A DNA stretch of 64,000 bases from Macrostomum lignano. Its lineage: Eukaryota. Under the pieces are notes generated by a model that worked only from the letters and a program-made list of their open reading frames with translations, made no database searches and was not told where the DNA came from. Location of the stretch: positions 38,497 through 102,496 of the forward strand of contig NIVC01003359.1 in assembly GCA_002269645.1 (NCBI GenBank), read 5' to 3'. Both the position numbers and the translations under genes were made by a program. Positions 1 to 13,410 of the stretch are shown here, one piece after another; the first letter of the stretch is position 1, and each line of letters opens with the position of its first letter.

Positions 1-392
1 CGCTCACAGAGTATCTTGTATGTCATTACCATCGATGGTCATGCTAGCTACTACTCTCTGTAGTAGTAGAAGATACTCCTCATCAATTAAATGTTACACC
101 TTAAAATCAATCAAATCTCGAATACTTAATGGGAGTATCTACCGCAGCTGGGCAGTTTGACTTTGAATATCATTATTTAGTGTAAAAAAAACAACAAACT
201 CAAATTAGCGTTTTTTGTTGGTTATTGAAAAAGAAAATTTTATTGAATCTTTTTGAGTTGCATTTTGTAGAGCGTGTAGTTTGCGCAGAATTGCATTAGC
301 TATCTATAGACGTACGGTAGCAACTGCGTAGGCTATGAAGTTATGAATAGCTGTAATACTTTTTACTGTAACCAATAATTAGAGCGTCGAAG

Positions 393-780
393 ATGGTGCC
401 AAGGTTCCTCACTGACGATCAGAAATGGCTGCAGTTGAACATCGAGACATTGAGACAGTCTTTGGCCAACAGAGTTGAGCCAAGCACCTTATTCACCAGA
501 TATGGCACCGTGTGATTCCTGGCTCTTTCCCAAGGTGAAGCAGGTCCTCAAAGGATCCAGATTTGAAGACTTGGATGCCATCAAGGAGAGTGTGACAGGG
601 GTACTGAGGGGCATCATGAAGGAGGGCTTCCAGGGCTGCATCAGGAGCCGGAACCAGCGATTGAGGCGATGTGTTGAAAGTGGCGGCAATTACTTTGAAG
701 GCTGCAGTTGACTGAATTTGCATTTTTTTGTTCTGAAAGTTTTTGTAGCTAAATTCTCGTTACTTTTTGGCCACACCTCG
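393..780 (+). mobile_element. Internally deleted mariner (Tc1/mariner) transposon remnant with one terminal inverted repeat end
   Basis: 475-711 encodes YSPDMAPCDSWLFPKVK..LKGSRF..R..RCVESGGNYFEG, the mariner transposase C-terminus (YSPDLAP motif). 393-475 encodes VPRFLTDDQK (WVPHEL-like) in another frame. The 3' end TTACTTTTTGGCCACACCTCG resembles a mariner TIR; no matching left TIR seen. Confidence 0.85.
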
Positions 781-1799
781 CAGTAAAGGCTATTCGGTAC
801 GTAAACAAGCAGTTTATTATGTAACTTCGTATATCTTGTGGCAGACTAACCCAAAAAATTCTACTCTAATTCATGGACAACAAAGTTAAAATGATCCGCT
901 ACATTTAGCAATTCGTCCGAAATGTATAGCTTTTTGCAGTCAGTTTGAGCCTAGGGGCTGCTGACTCGATCCAGAGTGGCAGAACTCAAGACAACTGCTG
1001 CCCCGAGTCTATGGCCCAAAATTTTGACTGGTGAACAAAGACCTTAATCTTTGGAGCATTGAATCGACCTCGCATGTCTGCTAAAGGCTTACCATCGCTC
1101 TGTAACCTACAAATCAGCAAAAAACATTAGCGAGCTGGGAAGATGAAGATAGCAACGCTAGCAACGAAACGGCTTCAGACGAGCAGGGGACGAACCAAGA
1201 ACATGGACAAAGATCAGTGATGAGATGCACAGCCTAGTCATCGAACCGGTCGGTATCGCGAAATGGACAAATATTAACGTCAAGACAGTAATGTCAATTG
1301 CTTGCATTGCTTTGCGATAATAAGAATGAAATCAAGATCCGAATAGAGGAAAATGTACTAAGTCAGTGCTCCAAAGATTAAGTCCCTGCTCACCTGTCAA
1401 AATTTTAGCCATTGGACTATAGATTTCACAAGGATTCGTTGTTGCGTAGTGTTACCTAAGTTTTACCATAGACAAAAGCGTTGAGAAAAAATCTGTCTAG
1501 AAAATTCCGATTAAGAAGAGCTAAGGAAGTTCGCGCTTGTCGGCACTCTCCGGTAGCATTTTTTAAACTGAATCAACCTTGGTAAAATCATTTACCAACT
1601 TTTTCAGCAAAAAACACGAGCCTTAAGTGAACCCAATTGCACCATTAGCAACATTTTTACTTTAGTTGTCAAGCTGCAAAAATGCCCTAAAGCGAGAAAA
1701 TCACAAGTTTACATGTACATGTATAAAATATCAGCACTTGGTCCCGCGTTACTGCTCATCCGCTTGCATAGCATGCTACTTTACCATTGTCCGAGTGTA

Positions 1800-2630
1800 T
1801 CAGTAGTACCTAGCGCTTGGCGTATCCGCCCTTCGGAAGAAAAATGGCCGACAAGCATACGGCCAGTTGGCCGGCCCGTCCAGTGACGTTTCGACGCCAG
1901 ACGGTCGAGAGGCCCACCGGCCGAATTCGTAGCGGGCCGCCACCAGTTCATCAGTCGGCGGCATTGGACTGACAGCTTCCCGCTGCTCAAAGTCTGCCGG
2001 CTCGAGTTCGTAGCGCTCGAATCTTGAGCAGCTCTCATTCCAGCAGCAACCGTTGCCGGTGCAATCCGGTGTTGATAGCCGCGGAGTCTGCGGTGGCGAA
2101 GGCAGTTGCACAGTTCGAGCAGAATGAATTGCGGGTGGCTGCAGTGGTTGATAGTCGCGCAGCTTGCGCTCCAGGTAAGCGCGAACTCCAGCGTTTCGCT
2201 CGTCGTCCAGCTCCAACGCAGTCGGAAGGCGTGCTGCTCTTGTCGAAGTCAGCTTTGCATCCACCCTGAAGCCGTTGTCGTCGCTCCAATAGGGACTGAA
2301 CTTCCTGCCGACACTTCCGACACCTACCAGACGGGGGTCTTCTATGCGCTCGTCAGCTCGGAAGTGTCGGTCGCTGTCCCACCTCGAATCAGTCGGGTAG
2401 CGAGCGGCCGTCCTGGGAGCGGCGTCGTCAGACCAGTAGTCTCGCTGATCCTCGCTGTATAGAGCGCGCCGACGACCAACAGAATCGTCGTAGTCGTCGT
2501 AGTCGTCCATCTCCATGTGCCACTTCAAAGTTTCTACAGCAGCTTCGTGCCTGGCGATAGAAGCGGCAAGACTGCGCCTCATCTTTCGATCGTCTGCCGT
2601 CGAGTCGTCGGTGTCGCGAAAAACATTCAT
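1800..2630 (-). CDS. Hypothetical 276-aa low-complexity protein, apparently single exon
   Basis: ATG-to-stop ORF in a GC/CpG-rich island with AT-richer flanks; no recognisable domain. Confidence 0.45.
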   Translation of the reverse strand: MNVFRDTDDSTADDRKMRRSLAASIARHEAAVETLKWHMEMDDYDDYDDSVGRRRALYSEDQRDYWSDDAAPRTAARYPTDSRWDSDRHFRADERIEDPRLVGVGSVGRKFSPYWSDDNGFRVDAKLTSTRAARLPTALELDDERNAGVRAYLERKLRDYQPLQPPAIHSARTVQLPSPPQTPRLSTPDCTGNGCCWNESCSRFERYELEPADFEQREAVSPMPPTDELVAARYEFGRWASRPSGVETSLDGPANWPYACRPFFFRRADTPSARYY

Positions 2631-4289
2631 TGCTGGCTCTGTGAAACGCGATTTGAGCTCATTTTTAGTAAATAGTAAAGTAAAACACTGGTAAGTGACG
2701 TACTGAAGTAGTTTGGATTGAATTAGTTTGGATTTTTATGACTCAACTTACCATCATACTCTACTGCTGCAGGAAGCACTTACTGTGATTAACAACACAG
2801 CTTGCTTTTTCAAAGACTTGTAAATTGCTTCAACACTGGCTGCGCTTGCTCTTATGGCATTTCTTTCTGTTTTCTTTCCGAAGGGTCTCTCTTCTTTTGG
2901 CGAAAGTTTACAAGCCCTCCCCCTCAGTGACATTCGCGGGGTTAGGCTAAGCGAGCAAGTACTCCTGCTCGTGATAACGAAAGAGAGAGAAAGGACAGAA
3001 TCTACAAAACTAACGAGTGGCTGTTATGTGGTAGAAGAAAACAAGTTCTGCTTGCTGTGCGAGGACCGAGGAGCCTTAATCGGTGCCTCTGACATGTACG
3101 CCTGAGAATGCATACAAGCTGAGACCATGTGCATGTGATACTGTGCGCATAGGTGAGGTAACTGCACATGTTATGCTCTTGATATGTTGACAAATGCATG
3201 CGTTAGGGCCAAGGACCGCTGTAGTTGATAAAAGGCAACCAAGCAGATAATTCTGATCTTTACAATATGATTTCAATGAGAGAGGTTGCTGCTGTATGGA
3301 ATCATTCTTTGTGCCGATGTCTATGACCGAATTATCAAGCTTGCTTGCCTTTTTCGTCTATGTCTATGTCTATCCTCTACGGGCAAGACTAAAGCAACTG
3401 CTGCCAAATGCTGCTCAAGTGCTCAACTTGCCTGGCAGCCCTGCAGCTGATGAGGCCCCTGCAGCCATGTCAATTTTGAGGCCCCTGCAGCCATGTCAAT
3501 TTTGAGCCTGCATGTGTTCTTACCACTAGTTGACTTAGCAAAATGGCAATGACTTGACAGAAGATGCAATGAGAACTGCCAACAAGCACTGGCGGGTGAC
3601 GTTGGGAGCAGAATAGGCGTTTTAGATGTATTCATTTTTGCAATTGCATTAGCTGAATTTGCTCACTCTAAACTGATGGATCTGTATATTTTCCGCTTTC
3701 TATACAAGCTACCTCTACCTCTTTAAAAGGCATGGATCGAGCTAGCTGAATTGTGCTTTTATCTTTTTTCATTGCACTGCTGCACTCGCCGTTTTCTGTG
3801 CCTACAGCTTCAGTGATTTATTTACCATTCAGTTATGAAAGAAAATTGATTCCTGTATCGCTGATTGGTAATTGTTTGCTTTGAATCCCGGCAAATTAAA
3901 ATCCCCAAGTACGACGGGAAAGGCCGTGCTTAGAAATTTGGAATGTGCAGCTTTACCTTTTAATCGATGCATAGATGTATCATCTCACTGCAAATATGCA
4001 GGCTTTATTGAACTTGAAAACATGGAAGTTGATTTCTGGGTGCGACTAGTTGCATCAAATTATTGTTGCAATCGTTTTTTTGTAATTCAACCAGTCAATG
4101 TATTTACAATCGCTTGAATGTAAGTTGAAAGAGGTACATGTATTGCCTAGCTAGCGCGCTCAGCAATATAGAGCACAGTCAAATAGATGCTATTTTTGAC
4201 ATCAGCACAGTTATATACACATCCATACAGCTGGTGACTTGCCTAATTGGTCTAACGATAAGCGCCGGTGATAGAGAAATGAAGGAAAT

Positions 4290-5590
4290 AAGAGTACAAT
4301 CGATAACATGATTAATCATTGCCGTACTAAAGAATTAAATTCTTATAACGTCTTTTTAGTTAAACCTAAATAGTTCTGACAGTTAATAATATGTTTTTAT
4401 ATTATCCTAGATTTCGTTGTCATTTAGATTTGTTTTGTTATTTTGTGTCGAAAATAAAAGCGTTGTTTTTTAAGTTTTACTCTTTGCGGATCTAATACAT
4501 GATATATATCTGTTTCGAAAGTCATAGTTAGACTGGAATGCTTCTCTACTGGAGGGACGGCTTGTGCTGATTCCAGTAAGTAAGTCGTATACCTGAATAA
4601 TAAATTATAGAAACGAAACAAATTGATTTCATTGTAGATTAAATTTTAATTAAGCTAAATTAATTATATGTTAGGTTGTAGGACATCCATTCCACCATAA
4701 AATAGTTGATTTTGTGTATTAATAATATTATAGAAATTTTATAGAGTTAATCTTCAAATTAGATTATCAACACTGACTAATTCCAGAGGATTGTCTTCTT
4801 TATTCAGAGATGATCAAGGATGAAAGTATTGATGAGATATCCATTTTAAAGGTAAGAATTTTGAATAATAATGATTGAATTTAAGTCAGAATTTTATTTT
4901 TTAGAAATGGGACAAATTTTAACGAAAAATATTTTGAATATATGTTTATCTAGGGAATCGCTGGATTAGTGCTGTGTTTTCTCATACTTTTTGTTTTCTT
5001 ACAAAAGTATAAAAGACATGTGAGTTTTATTGTTTTAGATATGCTTCTATTATTTTATTCACAAATATGGATCAATGATTTACTTTTACTAAATGCTTAC
5101 TAATAAGATTATTTGAAGGGGTCATTTTTTCAAATTAATAATGTACATATTAATTTTAAATTAAGTAATTGAATCTTGTAAAATAATATAATGATTGCTT
5201 AAAATTGAAAACTTATTTAATGCTTGTAATTTTATATCTAGAATGTCTTTCAAATTTTTGTATTTCAGATCTGGTTCTTACTCTTTTGCTCCATAATCTA
5301 CCATTCAGTTTTTCTAGCTAACTGTATTGTTATTTTAGCTAACTCTTATCATTTTGATTTAAGCAAAAAGCAATTTCTTGTATCATGCTCTTCTCTTCAT
5401 TTCTGCATTATCCTTACATTGTACAAGGTTCAAAAGTGCAAAATGTTCTTTTTTCTAATCCAAAGGGACATTAAACTGACTTATTTCTTGATGCAGATTT
5501 GGGCACCCAAATATCAAATCACTCAACTGCATGATAGAGAAAGCTTCAATGTATAATTTGATTGATACAAACTAAAATATAGTTTACACC
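4290..5590. other. AT-rich island with small exon-like segments
   Basis: Visibly far more AT-rich than its flanks. Strong donors (CCA|GTAAGT about 4576, AAG|GTAAGA 4852, CAT|GTGAGT about 5019). One segment reads GIAGLVLCFLILFVFLQKYKRH. Confidence 0.4.
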
Positions 5591-6730
5591 CAGGTTGAAA
5601 CTATCGTCAATTTCTCACACAAAACTTGATACCCTGAAATTGTGGGGCAGAGTTGGAAAACCTGCTTCAAAAGCACGCGCATCCATTCGTGTTTACTCTG
5701 AGCATTTGTCTTGGCTGCAATTGTGCAGGTGAGACAGAAAGAGGGCTCATAGTTAGCATGGTGTTGTAGCCAGGGCGAGACAAAATTCATGCCCCTCAAA
5801 TCCTGCCATTTGTTGGCCACCCGAATGGAATGCGCAACAATGATTCACTGGCGCAGGGTATAACAGGGAATGCTGAGCCTAAGAAAAACACACATACACA
5901 CACAGACGCCTCTGCCCCACTATTTTTAGGCTCGCCGTCAGCCTCAGCAGTCAGCTGCAGAAGCGGTGCCAGCCGCCAACGATACCAGTGCAAGTGAGCA
6001 GGAAGATTCTTCAACTGAATCCCAGGACAGAGCTTCGCTGCCTACACTGGCTTGCGTTGGTGCGTCAAATTGCCTGCTTAACTTTAGCGAGCTCTAATTT
6101 CCTCTTACAAATATATTTGTTTATCTGTGCCAGTTTGGCCTTAACTAGCTAATTTGAATTCTTCCAAGCGTAGAAATTGGTTCGAAGTCATTCGAGTCTT
6201 CAACAGGACTTTCGATTCAACTGGTCCCCGTTGCACTGCTGGCCTGTTCATTGGCGCTTAGCTTTAGCCGCTGCACTATTTATGGGGTAAAATGAGACGC
6301 AGCAAGTAGCCAAGACTTTTCTCTGACTGTTAAGTCACCCGGATTCTTTCTGGCCTAAGCTCAGTTTCTAGCCAAATTTGACCTAAAATGGAATGTGGAA
6401 GTGACGAAATTTCTGGACAGCCTTTTTCCTTTTTAGCTAAATTTATTTTTCTTACCACCAAAATTTTTAGCTTGGGCATTTTCGCAGTATGCACCAATAA
6501 TTATTCATAATGGCCATAAAAGTTATTTGTATACCTCTTGGGGCTTGCCGGTTGACATAGTTTAGGATTTGCCGAATAAAACGCCAGCTCTGAAACGAAG
6601 TAATGAGCTCTTTAATTTAAATAAATGACCGTAACTGCCTACTTGTAATAGTATATTAGAGACAATTTACCAGCTTTTATTCCGATCTATTGGAATTCAT
6701 TTCAGACCAGCAGCAACAAGTCGAACCTGC

Positions 6731-9700
6731 GATGGCCGCGCCGTCAACCTGCAGCAACGGTGGCGACGTCATGGACGACCAGAAACGCTATTTGACCTTC
6801 AGCGACATAGCCAGTGGCATCGACCCGGAGGCCACGCCAAATCAAGCTAAATCGGTTGTACGCTCAGAGACCATCGAATTCGAGTCCAGCCTAGATTTGG
6901 ACAGATATCCGGGCTTAAGCGGCGTCGGGTCAGGCAGTAAAAGTGGCATGCTGCTCAAGGACGCCATCATGCGTCGTAGGCGCGAATCCGGAGCTAAAGT
7001 TCTCCGTCAGGAGGAAATTTCCTTCCTAGGTATCGTCCGCCGACGCGTTGAGCACACCTACCGGTCGAGCTTCCAACTACCGGACACGTCAATTGTAGCT
7101 GTGACTCATCGCGAGGTGTATCACAGCACCGATCCGGAAGTGGAGGTAATCGTTACTCTGGCACAAGCTGCTCCATCTGGTGGGCTCAAAACCAAGATCG
7201 GCGATGACATTAGTGTGTCTGAGTTAGCTAGAGAAAACCGTTGGGCCAGCTTGATGCTCTCTAGCGATGGTTACTATGACGACCAGCTGTGCATGATGCT
7301 GCTCGGTTGTCACCGGTCGGGCCCAGCGCACCAAGAGGAGACAGTTGTAGAGCCGAATTCATCAGCCGCCGCTGAGGCTCAAGCCGACCCAAATGTTGTT
7401 GACACAACTCTTGCCTCGGAGATTAGCCTGCCGCATCCATTCGAGTACCAATCGATGTACGATGGAGACAAAGCCAGAAACGTTGATGAAGACGCGAAGT
7501 GGTTGATCCGGTCGATAGAGAAGCATTGGTGAGGCGAATCCTAGCTGACATTGATGCTTCGTACCGCTGCGGCTCCTGTGATTCTATTCGGCCAGACAAT
7601 CGCCCAAGCGCAGTTGAAATCGGCGAGTTTTCTGTTGGCAGAGTTGGTGACCGAGCCCGGGTCATGTCAGCCTCAATGGATCACCTGGCTGTCACTGAGA
7701 CTCGATCTCGACGCCGGATGCTCGCTTTGTCAGAGCGGTCCCAGGTGGCTGAGTCAGACTCAAATTTGGCGGCAAAGGTGGCTGCCGAAAAAACTTCCGC
7801 AAACACTTGCCAGTTGTCTAACGCTTCGAGCTCCAGTCTTGGCTACGATTCCCACTCTTCTGTTTACAGCTCAGTAAGCCGGGTCTCCCGGAAACTTTCC
7901 ATGTCTGATCGCGTCTATCTTGAGGTTCTCAGCGACGAGAGCCAATTAGTTAGCGACGGTGAAGAGAATGGCGACGATAGGAATCGATTAATCGATGCCA
8001 GACGCAAGAGTTCTCACTGCCTCCGACGTCTACATTCTCTGCTCTGGTTGATGAGCCTCATCATCAGAATCGAGAAAAGATTCAAGAGCAGCAGAACAAT
8101 CACAGCAGCAACAGCAGAAGCAGCTTCAGCGCTTATCTCGGGCAGAGGTGCTCAGCATGGACAGTTTCGAAACGGCTAGTGAAAAAACCACTGAACATAC
8201 AAAGGACACCGTGGACACGAGTGTAGACCAAGCGTTTACAGCGTCAGTTTATGCTCGCCGACCATCCTTGTCACTTCCCGACTCTGGCGAACTTGCTCCT
8301 GCTGCTGCGCCAGCTATTGAACAAGTTGATGGTCCCGCTAACAAGGACTATGGCGCTATAGTCCGCCAGCGAGCCAAGAAATTTGAGAGTGCTGCACCGA
8401 GGTACGGTTCGAGGACAGCTGAAGAGCGTCGCTCATATCAGGAACTGCAGGACACCGGCGCGGTGGCGCAGACAGCCCAGGTTCACAAGGCGTACATCAA
8501 GCAGCATGAGATGCAGCCGGCTCCTGGGCAGTTTTGCCTTGATGTTGAATCTGATTCTCAGGAAAGATTTGTTTACCAACGAAACCAAGATTTGGAGAGT
8601 AAAGAAAGAGTTGACGAGATTACTCACAGTAGTAGAAGTGATCTATCAGCCATCGAACATGAGGCTATGATGATTAAAAGCAGCCTGAAATCGGCTCAAA
8701 CATATCGCAGCCGTCCAAACATAATACCATCTACCCTTGCTGGTCCGACTGCCGCTAACGAAAGTGCAGCGTCTGTCAGCAAAGGTGAACACCGAGCACA
8801 GGACGATTTGACACAGATTCTATCCGCTAACATTGGCGATAGCTTTGCAGCAAAGGAATTGTCTTCTGTCGAAAATGCATCTTCCGTTAAGAGAGAGCAG
8901 CTTGAACCTAGCATGACTCCAAAGACGCCTGAGCCTAGCAAACAGGAGAATTTGGCGCCATTAGCATTAGAGGATACTGAAATTAGTGAAGAAAAAAGTT
9001 CCGCGGCTAAAGGCAGCACTCAAGCAACTAATATTCATCACATGATACCTACAAAGAAACCTATTTTATCGTCTCCTGTAAATAAAAAGTCCGCCTCTAC
9101 TACTTCAGTTGCCGACCATCGGGGCCAAGAGGATCTGATTCAAATTCAACACACGTCAGGTACTGCCAGTGGGATTGAAATTTCAATCGTAGAAAACTCA
9201 GAAGCGACAGAAGAGACTCAGTTTAGTCCCAGCTTGTCTGAATCTGTGCTTGTTTGTCCAGCCGCTCCCAACGAAAGCATTTCTTTATCAGCAGCAACTG
9301 CAAGTCAGGAGCTAAGGGGTCAAGAAGATCTTACTTTGCATATTCCGTCAACCGTCTGCGTAGAAAATGAGATGGATAAAATTAGAAAATCAGATGAGCT
9401 AAAACTGCTCAGCCCCAGCTTGCCAACATCTGTTCGGGTTCGACCAACGGACCCAAAGTTCAAGGGCCAGGAAAATTTTATTGCGGGTACTCAGGTTTTA
9501 AATGCCACACTAAAGGATGAAAACGAAGCTGACGAAGGCCAGTTTGGTTGCAGCTCAACATTTCCGGTTAAAGCTGTATCAAAAATTGGCTCTACATCTA
9601 CATTCGCAGTCACTAAGCACCGGGGACAAGAGGATCGGATGCTTCGGATACCAGCGGCTGAAATTAGTGCTGAAGCATGCAAAGAGTCGGGCGGCAATGA

Positions 9701-12700
9701 TGAGCAGTTTAACCCTCCTGACTTGCTATCATCGATCCGCACAAACACTGCCGAGCAGCCTAGTGCCAGTAGTTCAAGTTCGTCCTCTCAGACAGACAGC
9801 GATTCCGAAACGGATGAAGAGGCGAGCGCCTACGGTGAAATTCCACGACAGGTAGCGCTCGGTCAGTCACTAATTTCGACGCCTCTCACTACGATTTCCG
9901 AGGAGCTGCCGTTGTCAAATCAGCCCAAAACTCTACAGCCTTCGGAGTCTATTGCTATTGTTGGACGTCATTCTGATTTGTCAAAAGAGCCAACAGTTCT
10001 TATTAGCCGTCTGCTCCGCTAGTCAGGCTAGAAGACATGGAGCTGGCCTGCTCAAGTGTTGGCTCGCAGTCAGACGCCGGCTCCGGTACCGAATACGTGG
10101 AAGATGAAAGTTTTTCGAAGGCATCTAGTGCCACTTTTCAATTGGGACGCGGTTCAAGCGTTAGTACCCCGAAAAAAGTCAAAGCAGCAATTTAACGAAG
10201 ACAAGTGATGCTGATACAGCTCCTGCGAGCAAGTCATTAGGGAAAGAAACTCAGAAAAAACCTAACAAGTCTCGTAGCTTTTGTGGTAGAAATCGAATCA
10301 AGAAAACTACACCTAGCAACAAGCCGGAGGAAGCTAGGGCTGCTGAGCATTTACAGAAGTCTGTTACTTCACAACCAGCATCGAAAGAGCAAAAGCCCAG
10401 GGCATCCGCTGACGACTCGCTGCAATGCTTGGAAGAAGCTTTTCAATGACGCTTCTGCAACACTTCAAGCAGGCCGCTTTGTAACCAGTCATTCCACTAG
10501 CAACAAGACAGTTGCTGCGGGCACTGAGCAGAAATCGGTTCCAGTCCCTAAATCAAGCCAATTAAATTCAGCTGCTGCAGCCACTAAGACAACTGATGAT
10601 AGCCTTCAACAAACACAAAAAGAGGAGTCCAAATCTTGCGGTTCGCCATCATCTACCGGCAAGTCTCGAAGCTTTAGTAACAGAAGTCGCGTTAAGAAAA
10701 GCACACCTGGCAACAATTCAGATGTTAAGAGCACTGAACAGGTGCAAAAGTTAGTTTCGGTGCCCGGATCTAATGAGTTAAAAGCAAGCGCCACACCCTC
10801 CATTGAGGAGTCTTGCAATTCAACAAAGTCTCAGGAAGACCAGAATCTAGCCGCTGAGAGGCCGAGCAAAAAGGCGATCAAGTCCTCCTTTAGATCTAAG
10901 AAGACAACAGGCTCAGTATCACCGACATCGCCACTAGTTGAAGATGATGGTAAGAAGGCTGATCAGCAAAAGCCCGAACATCAAATGAACTCTATTGTAC
11001 CGATCGAAGACAACATTGAAGCATTAAGTTTTTCGCAATTCGCCAGTCTTATGCTTCAATCGCACAGTGATATCGCGATCGAAAGCAGCAATAGCTTGCA
11101 GCTGCAGTGTCAGCAGCCGTCTCTGCATAGATCTCCCTGCAACAGCGCCTGTGCTATGAATGACAGTCTAAAACAGCCGGAGTTAATAGCGTTTGCTACG
11201 TCCACCTCGGCACTTAAGCAGAACATCAGGAACAGTAATGTTGGATCAGTCAACTGCACAGCAGATATTGCTTCCGTCGAGGCGCTATCTTTTGCACCAA
11301 AAAGACCACTGCGGCTTTGTAGTCACATGGAGCCAAGTGTGCTACCAATTGCTACCCCATCGCCAGCAGCTGCCGCAGCTACCAGTCCCACGCCCCAGCC
11401 TCGACGCTTTAAATTCAGCCGGCGAAGGCAGTCACAAAAGAAGCTTAGCAAAACATCATCGCCGTCGTCGTCGCCGCCTGTTGAACGCTCGTCGACTTTA
11501 CCAATGCCATCTCCATTCTCACCGAAGTCACCATCGTCAACGCTGTCTTCGTCATGGCCGGTAACACAGGATGACTCGAAACCCGACAGTAATCAGCAAC
11601 AGACGCCAGTCTATTCGCGCCAGGAGACGGGCGAATTTTATTTGCGAACTTCCGACGGCGAAGAGAATACAGGCGTCGAAGACGACACTAGGTCTTCAGC
11701 CGTTGGCGCAGCCGTCACGCCTCTGTCATCACTCACTCCTGCTAGTTCGCCATCGCCAACGCCGTCGCCTTCGCTTCCGTCGCCGACGGGCTTCGCTGGC
11801 ATTGTCAACAATCCTCTGTCGGCTTCGTCAGATGGTGAGCTACAATTTGAGGGCTATATTAAATTAGAACCGAACCTATGTAACCGCTCCTATTTTGTTT
11901 CATTAGAATCGGAAGAAAATGACATGGCATCCATCGGTGACAGCGAACTGCCAGGTGCTCATCCGTTGAGGCAAGCTCCGACAAGCCGATAGAGCGTCAG
12001 GGTGCGGCGGCTACGGTAACACCAGCAGCGGCGGCCTCCAAGTCGCTGCCGCAGCCGCTGCCAGCCGATCCGTTCGGTGCCGGCGCTATCGACTTCCTGC
12101 TAGCCTGTTTGAATCGGCGCGAACTGCCGAACCAGCCAGTGGTCGCGACCCGATCAAATCCGTATCTCAGTGTGACACCTGCCGCCGCCGCTGGTCCGAC
12201 AGGCGTCAATCCAGCTGCCTCTGCGTCAATGGACGAGCTCAACCGTCGGGCTTATCTGTCCAAGGGCATCGTCGACGTCAAACAGCAGCCGCGTCATCGA
12301 CGCCGGATTCGTCGACGCCGACACCGGCTTGGCGGCGGCTCCTACTACCGGCACAGCTCGTCCGCACTGTCTCTGCTGCGCGAACCGTCCTACCTGGCGC
12401 TGGCTCTGTCCATCCGACGCCGGCACGAAACGCCGTCCCCTAAACGATCAAGAAGCTACGTACGTTACAATACCGAGGATACGGACGAGGGCGAAGCTGA
12501 CGACGGCGAGGATGTGAATGAGTCGGACGATTACGAAGAGGAGTACAGCTACTATCAGCAGCAGTCCTATTACTACGGACAGACGGAGGCAGATCGGCGT
12601 GCCCAGGTAGCTCGGCAGCTTCATAAGCAGCGTCGGGCTCGCTCAATGCCGATTCCCGGACCGGAGGAGGTCGGCGGCGAAGTTGACGGTGAGGAAGCGG

Positions 12701-12819
12701 CCGGGGCGACGCTGTGGCCGTACGGCCGGCGTCGTAGACGACAGCGGCGTCAACGTCGCAAAGGTCGACGCGCGGTGTTCCTGTCGGCGGCCAATCTGGT
12801 GTATGAGACCAGCCTGTAG
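6731..12819 (+). CDS. Large (about 2000 aa) mostly disordered Ser/Glu/Lys-rich protein, one long exon broken by about 7 frameshifts
   Basis: Consecutive ORFs 6690-7532, 7499-8179, 8148-10022, 10283-11992 and 12109-12819, plus unlisted bridging frames, join by single-base shifts. Internal repeats (RGQED-like x5; KSRSF..R.KK.TP x2) lie in different frames. Ends ...NLVYETSL*. Confidence 0.7.
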
Positions 12820-13082
12820 GGGGGTACTGCGGTTTTGAATTCAAATCCAATATTTCCGAGTAAACTTTTGGTGTGCAAATTTTGTTAGGCTTTATAGTGT
12901 AAACATTCTTGTTTAAGCTTCTCAGTCACTCCGCATGTGAGATTTTCGAGTCGGTGTCTCTCTATAAGTGAGATTTTGCTGTCGCTGTCTCTTGAGGCGG
13001 TAGATTTTTACTGTAGTGCTACATGCATCTGTCTACTTTTGTGTTAAATTTTAAGCCACAATTTTCATGAATTTCTCATGAA

Positions 13083-13410
13083 GAAATCCCGTGGGGAATC
13101 CCTGCTATGATGTAAATTGGTGAAATCCGTGGCCGGGGAATCCCTGCTATGCTGTACATTGGGGAAATCCATGGGGAATCCCCGCTACAATGTACATTGT
13201 TGAAATCCGTGGCCGGGGAATCCCTGCCAGTGCTGTACATTGGGGAAATCCGTGGGGAATCCCCGCTACAATGTAAATTGTTGAAATCTGTGGCCGGGGA
13301 ATCCCTGCCATGCTGTACATTGGGGAAATCCGTGGGGAATCCCCTACAATGTAAATTGTTGAAATCTATGGCCGGGGAATCCCTGCCATGATGTACATTG
13401 GGAAACCCTT
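13083..13410. repeat. Tandem repeat, about 80-bp dimeric unit (GAAATCCGTGG(CC)GGGGAATCCC...)
   Basis: About 4 periods directly visible. Confidence 0.9.

Noticed and set aside
1150-1300. Degenerate RTE/L2 LINE C-terminus (RAGDEPRTWTKI)
   Set aside because: Only a loose resemblance to the RGRP..TW motif; insufficient support.
5584-5820. hAT transposase TTF-type zinc finger remnant (WLQH...FCLTC)
   Set aside because: The motif is too short, with no further transposase sequence or TIRs.
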